From: Chlamydiota bacterium | Lineage (GTDB): Bacteria; Chlamydiota; Chlamydiia; Chlamydiales; SM23-39 | Direction of reading: 5' to 3' | Length of the DNA stretch: 35,463 bases | Assembly (NCBI GenBank): GCA_050049995.1 | Contig: JASFVE010000008.1 | Location: forward strand, 1 to 35,463 | Part shown: in pieces, positions 1-9,831 of the stretch | Numbering within the stretch: position 1 is the first letter of the stretch | Layout of the letters: every line of letters starts with the position of its first letter | Position numbers and translations under genes: made by a program | Notes under the pieces: model-generated | Told to the model about the DNA's origin: nothing | The model's database searches: none | The model's input: only the letters and a program-made list of their open reading frames with translations

Positions 1-92
1 TTACATTTGATTTTGATAATAATCAAAACTCTCAAGATCATTCGAGTGATATTGAGCAAAAGATTCAAGATCTTGCTTCTTCAATAATTTAG
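1..92 (+). CDS. Probable 3' end of an upstream gene (partial; ...TFDFDNNQNSQDHSSDIEQKIQDLASSII*)
   Basis: Frame starting at nt 3 is open from the window edge to TAG at 90-92 with protein-like composition; too short to identify. Confidence 0.4.
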   Translation, partial: TFDFDNNQNSQDHSSDIEQKIQDLASSII

Positions 93-191
93 GAGATCCT
101 TAAAAAGATTTTTTCTTTCATATGGGAACTCAATTCCTAGCTTGTTTTATTACCTTTCTGGAGTTATTTTCTTTAGAAAGGAAGTAACGAA

Positions 192-1454
192 ATGAATATT
201 TTAGATATATTGGAAAAAAGGGGACTTTTAGAGCAAACAACAAGTCCTGATCTCAAAAAAATTCTTCAAAATCCGACAAAGTTTTATATAGGTTTTGATC
301 CTACAGCTGACTCTTTGCATCTAGGTAATCTAGTTGGAATAATTGTATTAAGATGGTTCCAAAAATGTGGTCACATTCCTTTTGCGTTAATTGGAGGTGC
401 AACTGCGCGTATTGGAGATCCTTCAGGTAAAAGTTCGGAAAGACCTCTTTTACAAGATGAGGATATTAAAAGAAATGTAAGGAAAATCTCAGAGTTTTTT
501 AGAAATCTTTTACGAGAGCATCCTCCTAGCATTTTAAACAATGATGATTGGTTTCATGAAATGACAGTTATCGATTTTTTAAGAAAAATTGGTAAGCATT
601 TTAGATTGGGCCCAATGCTTTCTAAGGAAAGCGTTAAAAGCAGAGTGAATTCAAATGAAGGGATGAGCTTTACAGAGTTTACTTACCAAGTTTTGCAAGG
701 ATATGATTTTTATTACTTGTTCAATCAGCAAAATGTAATTCTCCAAGTGGGTGGAAGTGATCAATGGGGAAATATTACAGCGGGAATTGATTTGGCTAAG
801 AAATTAGATCAGAAAACATTATATGGAGTCACATTTCCTCTTCTTGTGCAATCCGATGGTAAAAAGTTTGGTAAATCTGAAAAAGGAGCGGTTTGGTTAT
901 CAGAACATAAACTCTCAGCCTTTGATTTTTATCAATATCTTTATCGTGTAAGTGACGCTGATGTCATACGTCTTATGAAAGTACTTACTTTTATGGAGTT
1001 AGATGAAATAGATTCGATAGAGAAAAAAATGAAGCAGCCTGGCTATGTTCCTAATTCAGCGCAAAAAAGACTGGCATCAGAAGTTACTCGTTTTATTCAT
1101 GGAGAAGAAAATCTTCTTACTGCTCAGAAAATAACAGAAAAAATATATTCACAAAAATCAAGTGAACCTCTTACGAAAGAAGTGCTTGAACAAATAGCTA
1201 AGGATCTGCCTCCTGTGATTTTTAACCTAGATGATATCGTGGCCAAAAAATATACGGAATTAGCCGTTGAGACAGGGCTTTGCTCTTCTAAGTCAGAGGC
1301 TACGCGGTTAATAAAAAGCGGCGGAGCTTACTTAAATAATCAGCGTATCAATGAAATTGATTTTAAAATTAGCGAAGAAGATTTAATTGACGGTGTTTTT
1401 TTACTGCTTGGGTCAGGCAAGAAAAAAAAATTACTCCTGGAAGTTAAACCTTAA
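192..1454 (+). CDS. tyrS: Tyrosine--tRNA ligase
   Basis: YIGFDPTADSLHLGN (HIGH-type motif), QVGGSDQWGNI, KFGKS (KMSKS-type motif), C-terminal S4-like domain (SKSEATRLIKSGGAYLN); AAGGA RBS upstream. Confidence 0.98.
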   Translation: MNILDILEKRGLLEQTTSPDLKKILQNPTKFYIGFDPTADSLHLGNLVGIIVLRWFQKCGHIPFALIGGATARIGDPSGKSSERPLLQDEDIKRNVRKISEFFRNLLREHPPSILNNDDWFHEMTVIDFLRKIGKHFRLGPMLSKESVKSRVNSNEGMSFTEFTYQVLQGYDFYYLFNQQNVILQVGGSDQWGNITAGIDLAKKLDQKTLYGVTFPLLVQSDGKKFGKSEKGAVWLSEHKLSAFDFYQYLYRVSDADVIRLMKVLTFMELDEIDSIEKKMKQPGYVPNSAQKRLASEVTRFIHGEENLLTAQKITEKIYSQKSSEPLTKEVLEQIAKDLPPVIFNLDDIVAKKYTELAVETGLCSSKSEATRLIKSGGAYLNNQRINEIDFKISEEDLIDGVFLLLGSGKKKKLLLEVKP

Positions 1455-1546
1455 AAAATCTCTTCTTGCATTGAAAATAAACTACTTGTATGAAAAACCT
1501 TAAGTTCACACAATGACGTTAATAACGAGGCAACAAGGAGAGCGGT

Positions 1547-1861
1547 ATGGCTACGGTCACAAAAAAGAAATTAATTCAAAAAATTTCTCAAGCCAGGGGA
1601 CTACACCCTAATGATGTAAGGAATGTTATTCAAGCTTTTTTAGATGAAATGACAGACTCTTTAACTCAGGGAGATCGTCTAGAGTTTAGAGACTTTGGTG
1701 TTTTTGAAGTAGTTGAGAGGAAACAAAAAATTGGTCGAAATCCTAAAAATGCTGATGTGCCGATTATTATTCCTGCAAGAAAAGCTGTTAAGTTTACACC
1801 TGGCAAAAAAATGAAGCAGCAAATTGAAAGTGATTTAAGAGCACCTGCTGAAGCACAATGA
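1547..1861 (+). CDS. ihfA: HU/IHF family DNA-binding protein (chlamydial integration host factor)
   Basis: RLEFRDFGVFEV...RKQKIGRNPK...IPARKAVKFTPGK IHF/HU signature; AAGGAG RBS. Confidence 0.92.
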   Translation: MATVTKKKLIQKISQARGLHPNDVRNVIQAFLDEMTDSLTQGDRLEFRDFGVFEVVERKQKIGRNPKNADVPIIIPARKAVKFTPGKKMKQQIESDLRAPAEAQ

Positions 1862-3264
1862 AAGATGAAATTACTTCTTTTTTTTCAAAGAAGTTAAGGC
1901 ATACTTTTGATTCCAATACTTGGGAAAGTCTTTTTTTATTCTATGTTGATAAAAAAGTCTTTCCTAAGCAAAAAATGGCCAATTTTATTGAATCTGAGTT
2001 TGCATCTATTGAAAAGACCCCTGTTTTATATTATCAACAATTGAAAAAACTTTGTTCACTTTTGATATTTACAAGAGGGTTCCCTTATTCCTATGATGAC
2101 ATTTTTGAGAGTTTGGTAAAGCGGGTATTAGAAAAAAAATTCCCCTCTTCCTTTCAGCCTATTTATGCCCTTCAAAGTCTTATTAGCTATCATTACTATT
2201 TACAAGCAGATAAATTTGACCCTGTTTTACATAACAGTGGTATGAGTTACTTCAATGTTGAAGGAGGGATGTCAGATTTGCTGACGCCAAATATTAAATA
2301 CAATTACGAGTTAATTATTTTTTTGGTGATTTTAGGGATTTTAAAAAATGATCAAAATCTTTTAGAAAAAAGCCAAAAATTATTTCAGTGGCAAAAAAAA
2401 TGTCTGGATAAAAGTGGAAGTCCCATTAAAAGTATCTGGAGTTCACCTTACAATTTGCAAGATGATTCGGCCCTTTTATTACACCAGTTAATATCGGGCC
2501 ATATCCATGAAATTGACCAGCTTTCATTTTCTTATTTTCCTTACTTTGAAATAGCCATTTCTTTGTGGTTTTTAGAAGTCCGCTCAAATTTTTCCAAGGG
2601 TGATTTGTTTAACCAATCATTTAATTTGGAAGAAGATCCAGCGAGTGTATTTATTGATCAAAATGGTCTTAAGGGAGTTATGACGCTTCGTGGAGTGAAT
2701 AGCGGTTTCGGGTATATGGAAAAGGATGATTTTTCGATAGTAAGTTTTGGCCCTGAGTTGTTGCCAACCAAAGAAAACAAAGGATATGGTATCTACAGAA
2801 CTTGCCCTCTTAAAGGAAGTGGTTTTGATAATATTATTAAAAATGATTCCTATATTCGTGGTTGGGCTCCTTTAAGTTGCTTTGGTCAAAATAACGGCAG
2901 TACAGTGCAGCCTTCAGATATGTATATTGAATTTGAGGGCAAGCTTGATTTAAATAAATTTGTGTTAAATTTTAATTTTTACAATCTTGCACAAGATCAA
3001 ACAATTGGGTTTAGTTTTTTTACAAAAGCAAGTTCTTGTGAAGTTGTTAACGTAGATTTTTTAAAATCTAGCGATAGTCAAAAAATTTGTAGTAAGTCAA
3101 ATAAAATATTATTTTACACAGGTTGTCAAAAAATATTATTTCAAACAAAAAATTTTACTAACTTAATAGTTTCTCCTAAAAGTAAATATTGGAATGAAAA
3201 CTTTCATTTAACTTATTTTATAAAAGGAGATAATCCCACACTTAATATTGAAATAGTATTGTAG
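1858..3264 (+). CDS. Hypothetical protein (positional equivalent of the chlamydial hypothetical gene between ihfA and accA)
   Basis: 468-aa ORF with ATGA overlap with ihf stop; no recognisable motif; helical N-half and beta-rich C-half by residue pattern. Confidence 0.75.
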   Translation: MKDEITSFFSKKLRHTFDSNTWESLFLFYVDKKVFPKQKMANFIESEFASIEKTPVLYYQQLKKLCSLLIFTRGFPYSYDDIFESLVKRVLEKKFPSSFQPIYALQSLISYHYYLQADKFDPVLHNSGMSYFNVEGGMSDLLTPNIKYNYELIIFLVILGILKNDQNLLEKSQKLFQWQKKCLDKSGSPIKSIWSSPYNLQDDSALLLHQLISGHIHEIDQLSFSYFPYFEIAISLWFLEVRSNFSKGDLFNQSFNLEEDPASVFIDQNGLKGVMTLRGVNSGFGYMEKDDFSIVSFGPELLPTKENKGYGIYRTCPLKGSGFDNIIKNDSYIRGWAPLSCFGQNNGSTVQPSDMYIEFEGKLDLNKFVLNFNFYNLAQDQTIGFSFFTKASSCEVVNVDFLKSSDSQKICSKSNKILFYTGCQKILFQTKNFTNLIVSPKSKYWNENFHLTYFIKGDNPTLNIEIVL

Positions 3265-3316
3265 ATTTAAAGTTTATAATTATAAAAATAATTATATTTT
3301 AATCTAAAGGTCAAAC

Positions 3317-3346
3317 TTGCAAAAAAAAACCTTATTGAAGGATAAT
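3317..3346 (+). promoter_or_regulatory. Putative sigma70/sigma66-type promoter for the L,D-transpeptidase-accA-msbA unit
   Basis: TTGCAA-N18-GATAAT followed by AGGAGG RBS (3366-3371) and TTG start at 3378. Confidence 0.45.
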
Positions 3347-3377
3347 TACCTATTACTTCCCAATTAGGAGGCTATAA

Positions 3378-4400
3378 TTGTCTAGAGGAAAATTTATTCT
3401 TTTTGGTGCTCTTGCTCTGTTTTCCATTATTGGTATTGCATCTATGTTTAAGGATCCAAAAAAAGATTCCACAACCACCAAGGTAGTACCAAAGCAGATA
3501 GAGGAAATCCCCATAGCTAATATCAAAGAAGAAACTCCTGTGTTGAGTTTTGAAAAACCGGAACCGATAAAGCTCTCCACTCCAAAAGAACAATTGCCAG
3601 AAGTGGATAGAATTAGCAGACTTTTTAGCTTAGATTCATCTAAGCTTCCTATCGTTGAGACAATTACTTATTCTAGCAGAGTTCCTTGGTTGCAAGGCCG
3701 TCCTGCGTGGATTGCTGACTATGCATCTCATTATGCAACTTCAAGGCACTTTATTGCTCGCAGCTTAAATCACAAGCCCGATTATTTTACTCAGACAGTA
3801 TCTCCTGGTGATCGTTTCAATGTTTTGCGAAAAGATTTAAATTTAGAGTTCTACCTTCTTATTGATCTTTCCAAATGTAAAATGTGGTTTTACTGTCTTG
3901 ATAAAGATGCTGGAGAAAGAGTACTTCTAAAAACATATAATGTAGGACTTGGCCGCAAAGATCAAACCAAACCTTCAGGATTTTTAACACCTATAGGGAG
4001 ATATTTACTAGGAAGTAAGATTGCCATATATAAAGAGGGGACAAAAGGATATTTTCACGATAAAAAAGTAGAAATGCTTCAAATTTTTGGAACAAGGTGG
4101 ATTCCATTTGAGAGAGAACTTGAGAACTGTTCTGAAAGAGCGAAAGGTTTTGGTATCCATGGTTCTCCTTGGGCTCGTGATGAACAAACTGATTCTTTAT
4201 TAGAAGATAGATCTCATATTAGTAAGTATGATAGTGATGGGTGCATTAGGCTGAATTCAGAAGATATAGAAGAGTTGTTTTCTATTATTATTACAAGGCC
4301 TACTACCGTCGAACTTGTAAATGATTTTCAGGATGCTAAGCCTCCTTTTGAAGAAAAAGATAATTTTTCAACTAAATCAGCAGCTGAGGTTAGATCATGA
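3378..4400 (+). CDS. L,D-transpeptidase family (YkuD domain) protein, N-terminally membrane anchored, with a probable degenerate LysM-like segment
   Basis: N-terminal hydrophobic helix; [34 protein letters not shown]...SDGCIRL catalytic His/Cys pattern; strong AGGAGG RBS with TTG start. Confidence 0.88.
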   Translation: MSRGKFILFGALALFSIIGIASMFKDPKKDSTTTKVVPKQIEEIPIANIKEETPVLSFEKPEPIKLSTPKEQLPEVDRISRLFSLDSSKLPIVETITYSSRVPWLQGRPAWIADYASHYATSRHFIARSLNHKPDYFTQTVSPGDRFNVLRKDLNLEFYLLIDLSKCKMWFYCLDKDAGERVLLKTYNVGLGRKDQTKPSGFLTPIGRYLLGSKIAIYKEGTKGYFHDKKVEMLQIFGTRWIPFERELENCSERAKGFGIHGSPWARDEQTDSLLEDRSHISKYDSDGCIRLNSEDIEELFSIIITRPTTVELVNDFQDAKPPFEEKDNFSTKSAAEVRS

Positions 4401-5404
4401 AAAGATCTTCATCTATTGCACTACTTCCTCATGAAAAAGAGATTAGCGAACACGAAGAAACTATTGAACTCGTAAAGGAAAAAAATGAAGCGAGTGAACT
4501 TTGGTCTCAAAATGAAATAGCTAAGATGGAAAAGAAAGTTGAAAAATTAAAACAAAATGTCTACGCAAACTTGCAACCCTGGGATAGAGTTTCCATTTGC
4601 AGACATCCTTCTAGACCTCATACAATTGACTATATTCAAAATCTATGTGACGAATTTATTGAAGTTTTTGGCGACCGTTCATTTAGAGACGATCCTTCTA
4701 TTATTGCAGGATTTGCAAAGATTGGTGGGCAAAGATTTATGCTAATTGGTCAAGAAAAAGGAAAAGACACTGAAAGCCGCCTTTTTAGAAACTTTGGGAT
4801 GCCCCATCCTGAGGGGTATAGAAAAGCGCTTCGTTGTATGCAGCTTGCTGCTAAGTTTAATATTCCTGTTATAACTTTGTTAGATACTCCAGGAGCTTTT
4901 CCGGGCCTAAGTGCAGAGGAAAGGGGACAAGGGTATGCTATTGCAAAAAATCTACTTGAGATGGCAAGACTACCAGTTCCTGTCATTGTCTTGTTAATTG
5001 GTGAAGGTTGCTCTGGTGGAGCTTTAGGTATGGGTATAGGAGATGTTATTGGTATGCTTGAGCATTCCTATTACTCCGTTATTTCTCCGGAAGGGTGCGC
5101 TTCCATTTTATGGAAGGACTCTAAGAAAAATTCTCAGGCAGCTTCTGCGCTGAAACTTTTGGCAGAAGATCTTATCGAGTTAAATATTATTGATGAAATG
5201 ATACCGGAGCCAATGGGTGGCGGTCATCATGACCCTCATTCAGTATACCAAAGTGTTAAAAGCTTTATTTTAAAACATGTTGAATTGTTGAAAAATATTC
5301 CTATTCCGGATTTACTGGAAGCACGCTTTATGAAATTCCGCAAAATGGGAAAATTTACAATCCAAGATGAAGCTCTTACTTCAAGCAGCAATACGAAATC
5401 GTAA
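4397..5404 (+). CDS. accA: Acetyl-CoA carboxylase carboxyltransferase alpha subunit
   Basis: [62 protein letters not shown]. Confidence 0.98.
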   Translation: MKRSSSIALLPHEKEISEHEETIELVKEKNEASELWSQNEIAKMEKKVEKLKQNVYANLQPWDRVSICRHPSRPHTIDYIQNLCDEFIEVFGDRSFRDDPSIIAGFAKIGGQRFMLIGQEKGKDTESRLFRNFGMPHPEGYRKALRCMQLAAKFNIPVITLLDTPGAFPGLSAEERGQGYAIAKNLLEMARLPVPVIVLLIGEGCSGGALGMGIGDVIGMLEHSYYSVISPEGCASILWKDSKKNSQAASALKLLAEDLIELNIIDEMIPEPMGGGHHDPHSVYQSVKSFILKHVELLKNIPIPDLLEARFMKFRKMGKFTIQDEALTSSSNTKS

Positions 5405-7133
5405 GCATTTAACATTAGCTATACTTACACTATTTGCTCTATTATTTTTAACATTTTCTAATCAATTAGAAATGTTTTCCTTAGGAATAATAACAAATAG
5501 AGGAACTGATAACCCTATTATCAAAAAATTTTCTTTCAATTTTGACATTGAGAAGAACATTTCAATATTCATAGGATTTTTAATAATTGTAGCTTGCTTA
5601 AAGGCTTTTGCTCTATTCATAGCAAGGTATATGACGCAAGTTCTATCGATAAGGATAACTAGAGACTTGCGTGAACAGTTCTTTCAGCATATTCAATCCT
5701 TGCCTTTAAGTTTTTACAATGAATTTAACTTAGGAAGTTTAACATCGAGAGCAGTTGGAGATGCAGGGCAAATTGCTTCCTCTTTGAACTCCATGTTAAT
5801 TAATTATCTGCAAACACCTTTTACTATTGTTTCCTCTCTAATAGTTTGTTTTGCCATTTCATGGCAGCTATCTCTAATCATTTTTCTAGGTGTCCCTCTT
5901 ATTATTTTCCCCATCATTTTTTTTACTAAAAAAATAAAAAAGGTAACAAGGCAGCTACAAAAGAACCAAGAACGATTTACTTCAGTGTTGTTAGATTTTT
6001 TGTCGGGTATTCATACTGTGAAAATTTACTCGATGGAGCAGTTTTCTTTTCGAAAATATAAAGAACAAAATGACCAAATGGCAAGGCTTGAAATGAAGAA
6101 TGCAAAATACAGCCTGCTAACGAGGCCTGTTTTGCATACTGTAACTACAACATGCTTAGTGACTGTGTTGTTATTTGGGCTTTATACATTAAAAATGACG
6201 GTGTCACAGTTAATCACATTTTGTGGAATGTTATACCTGTTTTATGAACCTGTTAAAAAATTTGCTGAAGAAAACACTAATGTTCAAAAAGGCGCTATTG
6301 CTGCGGAAAGAATGTTTGAAGTGTTGAACTTGAAACCAAAAATTTTTGATAAGGACGGAGCCAGACCTTTGGAAACTTTCTCAAACCAAATAGAATTTAA
6401 AAATGTTTGGTTTAAGTATTCAGATGCGTGGGTGTTAAAAGATTTAAGCTTCACAATTAAAAAAGGAGAGACAGTTGCTATTGTTGGTCCTACTGGAGCT
6501 GGCAAATCTACGATTGTTCAACTTCTGCCAAGGTTATATGACATTCAAAGAGGGGATATTTTAATAGATGATTGTCCTCTCAAAGAATTTACGCAAAAAT
6601 CCTTAAGAGATCAAATGGCATTTGTACCTCAAAAGCCCTTTTTATTTTTTGACACAGTAGCTGAAAATATTGCTTTTGGAAACAGTTTTTCTTTAGCTGA
6701 CGTGCAAGCTGCAGCTAAAATGGCTCACGCTCATGAGTTTATAGAACAACTTCCAGATAAGTATGGGACTTTGCTTGCTGAGACAGGTAAGAATTTATCT
6801 GGAGGGCAGCAACAAAGGCTTGCTATTGCTAGAGCCCTTATGAAAAAAGTTCCTTTTTTAATTATGGATGAAGCTACTTCTTCCTTGGATGCCATAAGTG
6901 AAAACAAGATTAAGCTTGCGATTGAGCAGCTCCACGGAAAAGTAACACAAATTATTATTGCTCATAGACTTTCAACGATTGAACATGCCGATAAGATTAT
7001 ATATTTAGACCAAGGAGTAAAATTGGCAGAAGGCACAAAAGATGAGCTTCTTAAAAACTGCCCTGCATTTAAAGTTATGTGGGATACTTTTCATAAAATT
7101 AAACAGACAGAGCAAACTCCTCAAACAATATAA
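5367..7133 (+). CDS. msbA: MsbA-like ABC exporter (fused TMD + NBD), probable lipid A flippase
   Basis: Multiple TM helices then Walker A GPTGAGKS, signature LSGGQQQR, Walker [13 protein letters not shown]-loop IAHRLST; accA-msbA adjacency as in chlamydiae. Confidence 0.85.
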   Translation: MKLLLQAAIRNRKHLTLAILTLFALLFLTFSNQLEMFSLGIITNRGTDNPIIKKFSFNFDIEKNISIFIGFLIIVACLKAFALFIARYMTQVLSIRITRDLREQFFQHIQSLPLSFYNEFNLGSLTSRAVGDAGQIASSLNSMLINYLQTPFTIVSSLIVCFAISWQLSLIIFLGVPLIIFPIIFFTKKIKKVTRQLQKNQERFTSVLLDFLSGIHTVKIYSMEQFSFRKYKEQNDQMARLEMKNAKYSLLTRPVLHTVTTTCLVTVLLFGLYTLKMTVSQLITFCGMLYLFYEPVKKFAEENTNVQKGAIAAERMFEVLNLKPKIFDKDGARPLETFSNQIEFKNVWFKYSDAWVLKDLSFTIKKGETVAIVGPTGAGKSTIVQLLPRLYDIQRGDILIDDCPLKEFTQKSLRDQMAFVPQKPFLFFDTVAENIAFGNSFSLADVQAAAKMAHAHEFIEQLPDKYGTLLAETGKNLSGGQQQRLAIARALMKKVPFLIMDEATSSLDAISENKIKLAIEQLHGKVTQIIIAHRLSTIEHADKIIYLDQGVKLAEGTKDELLKNCPAFKVMWDTFHKIKQTEQTPQTI

Positions 7134-7185
7134 TTTCTTTAATTAATATTATTAATTCGAGATAATACACCTAAGGGGGGTAATT

Positions 7186-7497
7186 ATGCGTAAGCGTACA
7201 TTTAGTGATTTTTCTCCTGAAAAATTTCGTAGACTAAATGACGATTTGGACAAGCTTGCTGAAATGATCAAGCATTTATCGGATGATCCTAAAAACCAGT
7301 ATATTAAACCTGAAATAGTCAATATTTTGCAGGAAATGCACCAAATGGGACAAAAAATAGGAGGAAAGGTAGCTGATCACGTAAATGATTTGCGCATAGA
7401 TATTAATCTATTTGTAGAAAACCCCGATAATTTAAGTATGGTTCCTAAAATTTTCCAAGATTTTCAATTGCTTAAAAATGCTATAAGGAGTTTTTAA
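7186..7497 (+). CDS. Small hypothetical alpha-helical protein
   Basis: 103-aa ORF with AAGGGGGG RBS; amphipathic helical pattern. Confidence 0.75.
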   Translation: MRKRTFSDFSPEKFRRLNDDLDKLAEMIKHLSDDPKNQYIKPEIVNILQEMHQMGQKIGGKVADHVNDLRIDINLFVENPDNLSMVPKIFQDFQLLKNAIRSF

Positions 7498-7839
7498 ATG
7501 GGTTTAGAAGAAAGAAAAAAAGGGCAAGCTCCTCGAAAACCTCGAGACTTTCAGGACGAGTTAGAGGAAGCTATTTTAAGGTTTAAAGCAGCTTTTGAGC
7601 TTTTACAGCAGACATCTTTAGCATCCGATTCTGAACATCTTTTAGATGTTATGTACAAAGAACTCAATCTTATGGATAAACTAGCTACAGCAATTGAGAG
7701 AAAAGGTATTAGAAAATGGGAGCAAAAACTTTCTAAAGATGCTCAAACATTTATTTCAAAGCAAAATAGAGAAAACTTTGAAGTTCTTCAACAGGACATA
7801 GCTACTTTATCGGAAGCTAATCGCAGACCTAGAAAATAG
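7498..7839 (+). CDS. Small hypothetical alpha-helical protein
   Basis: 113-aa ORF; ATG directly follows previous TAA; AAGGAG RBS inside the end of the upstream gene. Confidence 0.78.
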   Translation: MGLEERKKGQAPRKPRDFQDELEEAILRFKAAFELLQQTSLASDSEHLLDVMYKELNLMDKLATAIERKGIRKWEQKLSKDAQTFISKQNRENFEVLQQDIATLSEANRRPRK

Positions 7840-7956
7840 GTTTTTACTTACCTTTAAAAAAACTTTCTTGTAAGAGCTGAGACTTTTCCTAAAAGGGTAT
7901 TGTCTTCTGGGTCTCTTGTAAAAGAGTGCTTCCAGTTCTTAGAAATTTTTATTCTT

Positions 7957-8781
7957 TTAAGAAAGATCTCTATTTGGATGTAAAAACTCAAAGCCGGCTG
8001 ATTTTATTTTATGGTTAGAAACTCGTTTATTTCCCGATCTATAAGCTTTAAGTTTTGGATCCCAATTTACTTTTTTTAGGTTATGTTGATGAGAGATAGT
8101 ATCATATAATTCTTTTCTCGTTGGATGGTCATCGTCTGCTAAATTAAAAGTCCCTTCTAAATCATGCCTGATCGCATAGTCCATAGCTTTTACAATGTCA
8201 TCCTTATGGATCATATTAGTGTAGTTTTTTCCACTTCCAGGAAGAACACTTTCTTGGTATTTTTTAATTCGAGAAGATAATTCTCTACCAGGTCCATAGA
8301 TTTCAGATAATCTAAAAATAAGGACTTTCCAGCCATATTCCTTTAAGGAGGTAAATACACTTTCCGTTTCAATGAGGATTTTTCCTTGATCAGTATCATT
8401 GCTTAAAGGGGAAATTTCATCGACCCAATGACCATTATGCTCTCCATACACAAAAGTAGAGCTGGTGTAAATTAAAGTTTTGGGGTTAGTGTTTTTCGCA
8501 CATTTCTTTATAGTTCGTGAAGTTTTTAGGTAAGCATTTTCATAGTCGGAAGGATTATCAGCAGCTATTGTTACAATGATAATGTCATTGTTGTTAATCA
8601 AGTCACATATAGCTTTTTCATCATTTGAGTGTAATAACTGAATATTTTGAAATTGCTTTTTCAGCTTTTTAGCCCTGTCATGGGAACGGGTGGTTCCTGT
8701 AACATAATATCCTTGCTGTTTAAAATTCTCTGCGACAAAAGAACCGAGATATCCACAGCCCAAAATAGCAACTTTTAGCAT
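7957..8781 (-). CDS. NAD-dependent epimerase/dehydratase (atypical SDR, YeeZ-like)
   Basis: ILGCGYLG Rossmann motif, YTSSTFVYG, RLSEIYGPGR, NMIHKDD, GNKRVSN. Confidence 0.9.
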   Translation of the reverse strand: MLKVAILGCGYLGSFVAENFKQQGYYVTGTTRSHDRAKKLKKQFQNIQLLHSNDEKAICDLINNNDIIIVTIAADNPSDYENAYLKTSRTIKKCAKNTNPKTLIYTSSTFVYGEHNGHWVDEISPLSNDTDQGKILIETESVFTSLKEYGWKVLIFRLSEIYGPGRELSSRIKKYQESVLPGSGKNYTNMIHKDDIVKAMDYAIRHDLEGTFNLADDDHPTRKELYDTISHQHNLKKVNWDPKLKAYRSGNKRVSNHKIKSAGFEFLHPNRDLS

Positions 8782-9470
8782 GACAGCACCCCTAATTTTT
8801 GAAAGCTTTCTTTTAATGAACTATTTTCTCGCTTTTCGAAAACGCCGTTTTTATTGAGCCACTCAATATAATCTTTAGGTATATCTTTTAGTGGCTTGCC
8901 TTGGTATTTCCCAAAAGGCATTTTGTCTTGCGTAGCTTCTTGTAAAAGCTTATAGACTTGTTCTATGGAAAGATCATCAATCATTCGAGAAAAGACCCTA
9001 TGCAAGATCATTACGTCATCAAGGGCTCTGTGAGCTTGGTTGGCGTCTATTTCATATGCTTCCCTTAAAAATTGAAGCGCGTGTCTGGGAAGATCTGGTC
9101 TGTATCTTCTTGCCCATTTAAGTGAGTCTACAAACTTCCAGTTGGGAAAGGAAGTGTTGTGCCTTTTAAATTCAGTTTTTAAAAAATGTATGTCGAAAGC
9201 ATCATTGTTATGTGCTATTAAAATAACATCCCCATCTAAAAATTCTAAAAGCTCAGGAATAATTTGGTCAAACGTCGGAGCGTCTTTAACCATTTCGTCG
9301 GTAATATTGTGAATAGCTGTTGATTCTTCAGGGATTGGTCTTTTGGGGTTTATTAATGTCTGATAACTTTTATCTAAAGTGGCATCATAAGCTGCAAACT
9401 CAATGATATGGTCTTTCTCAAACTTTACCCCAGTAGTCTCTGTATCGTAGTAGACTGCTCTATATGCCAT
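8775..9470 (-). CDS. dnaQ: DEDDh 3'-5' exonuclease (DnaQ/epsilon-like) with C-terminal MPFGKY (DUF3820-type) domain
   Basis: YDTETTG (ExoI), AHNNDAFD (ExoII), HRALDD (ExoIII); tail MPFGKYQGKPLKDIPKDYIEWL; start moved to ATG at 9470 because of the AAGGA RBS upstream. Confidence 0.85.
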   Translation of the reverse strand: MAYRAVYYDTETTGVKFEKDHIIEFAAYDATLDKSYQTLINPKRPIPEESTAIHNITDEMVKDAPTFDQIIPELLEFLDGDVILIAHNNDAFDIHFLKTEFKRHNTSFPNWKFVDSLKWARRYRPDLPRHALQFLREAYEIDANQAHRALDDVMILHRVFSRMIDDLSIEQVYKLLQEATQDKMPFGKYQGKPLKDIPKDYIEWLNKNGVFEKRENSSLKESFQKLGVLSC

Positions 9471-9593
9471 TGTTGAAATCCTTTTTTTTGGGAACAATCA
9501 AAAATTATTTGGGAATTTTTAGCAATTTCTTTTACTTCAAAAATATGGTAATACAATGTAAGATATCTGTAATATTATTTATTTCTAAGGACA

Positions 9594-9755
9594 ATGAGAA
9601 AAGTTTTAAAACTTTGTTTTTTCATAAACTTGACTATATTGCCAGGTTGTTTCCAAGTGTACAATGATGATGAAGATCTTAGAACTGTACCAACAACAAA
9701 CAATCCTAATATAGTCCCTAATCATTCTACTGCTTTTATGCCCAATACATATTAA
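9594..9755 (+). CDS. Small putative lipoprotein, 53 aa (not in ORF track): MRKVLKLCFFINLTILPGCFQVYNDDEDLRTVPTTNNPNIVPNHSTAFMPNTY
   Basis: Manual translation; basic N-terminus, hydrophobic core, lipobox-like LPG-C at Cys19; TAAGGA directly upstream; fills an otherwise long intergenic gap. Confidence 0.7.
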   Translation: MRKVLKLCFFINLTILPGCFQVYNDDEDLRTVPTTNNPNIVPNHSTAFMPNTY

Positions 9756-9766
9756 AGGCAAGGTGA

Positions 9767-9795
9767 TTGATTTTTTAATTGATAGTCGGTAGAAT
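9767..9795 (+). promoter_or_regulatory. Putative sigma70/sigma66 promoter of pdhABC
   Basis: TTGATT-N17-TAGAAT ending 36 nt before the pdhA ATG. Confidence 0.55.
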
Positions 9796-9831
9796 CAAGC
9801 TTGGGGCTGTCTGAATATACATAGGTTAAAT

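Noticed and set aside
7840..7995. Short minus-strand frame (about 45 codons from a TTG) running from the epimerase end into the intergenic gap
   Set aside because: No RBS, weak start and no recognisable features; also no strong terminator hairpin in this gap
9464..9667. 67-aa plus-strand ORF from the track
   Set aside because: It overlaps the dnaQ start, has no RBS and reads like AT-rich intergenic sequence; the 9594..9755 lipoprotein ORF in another frame is better supported
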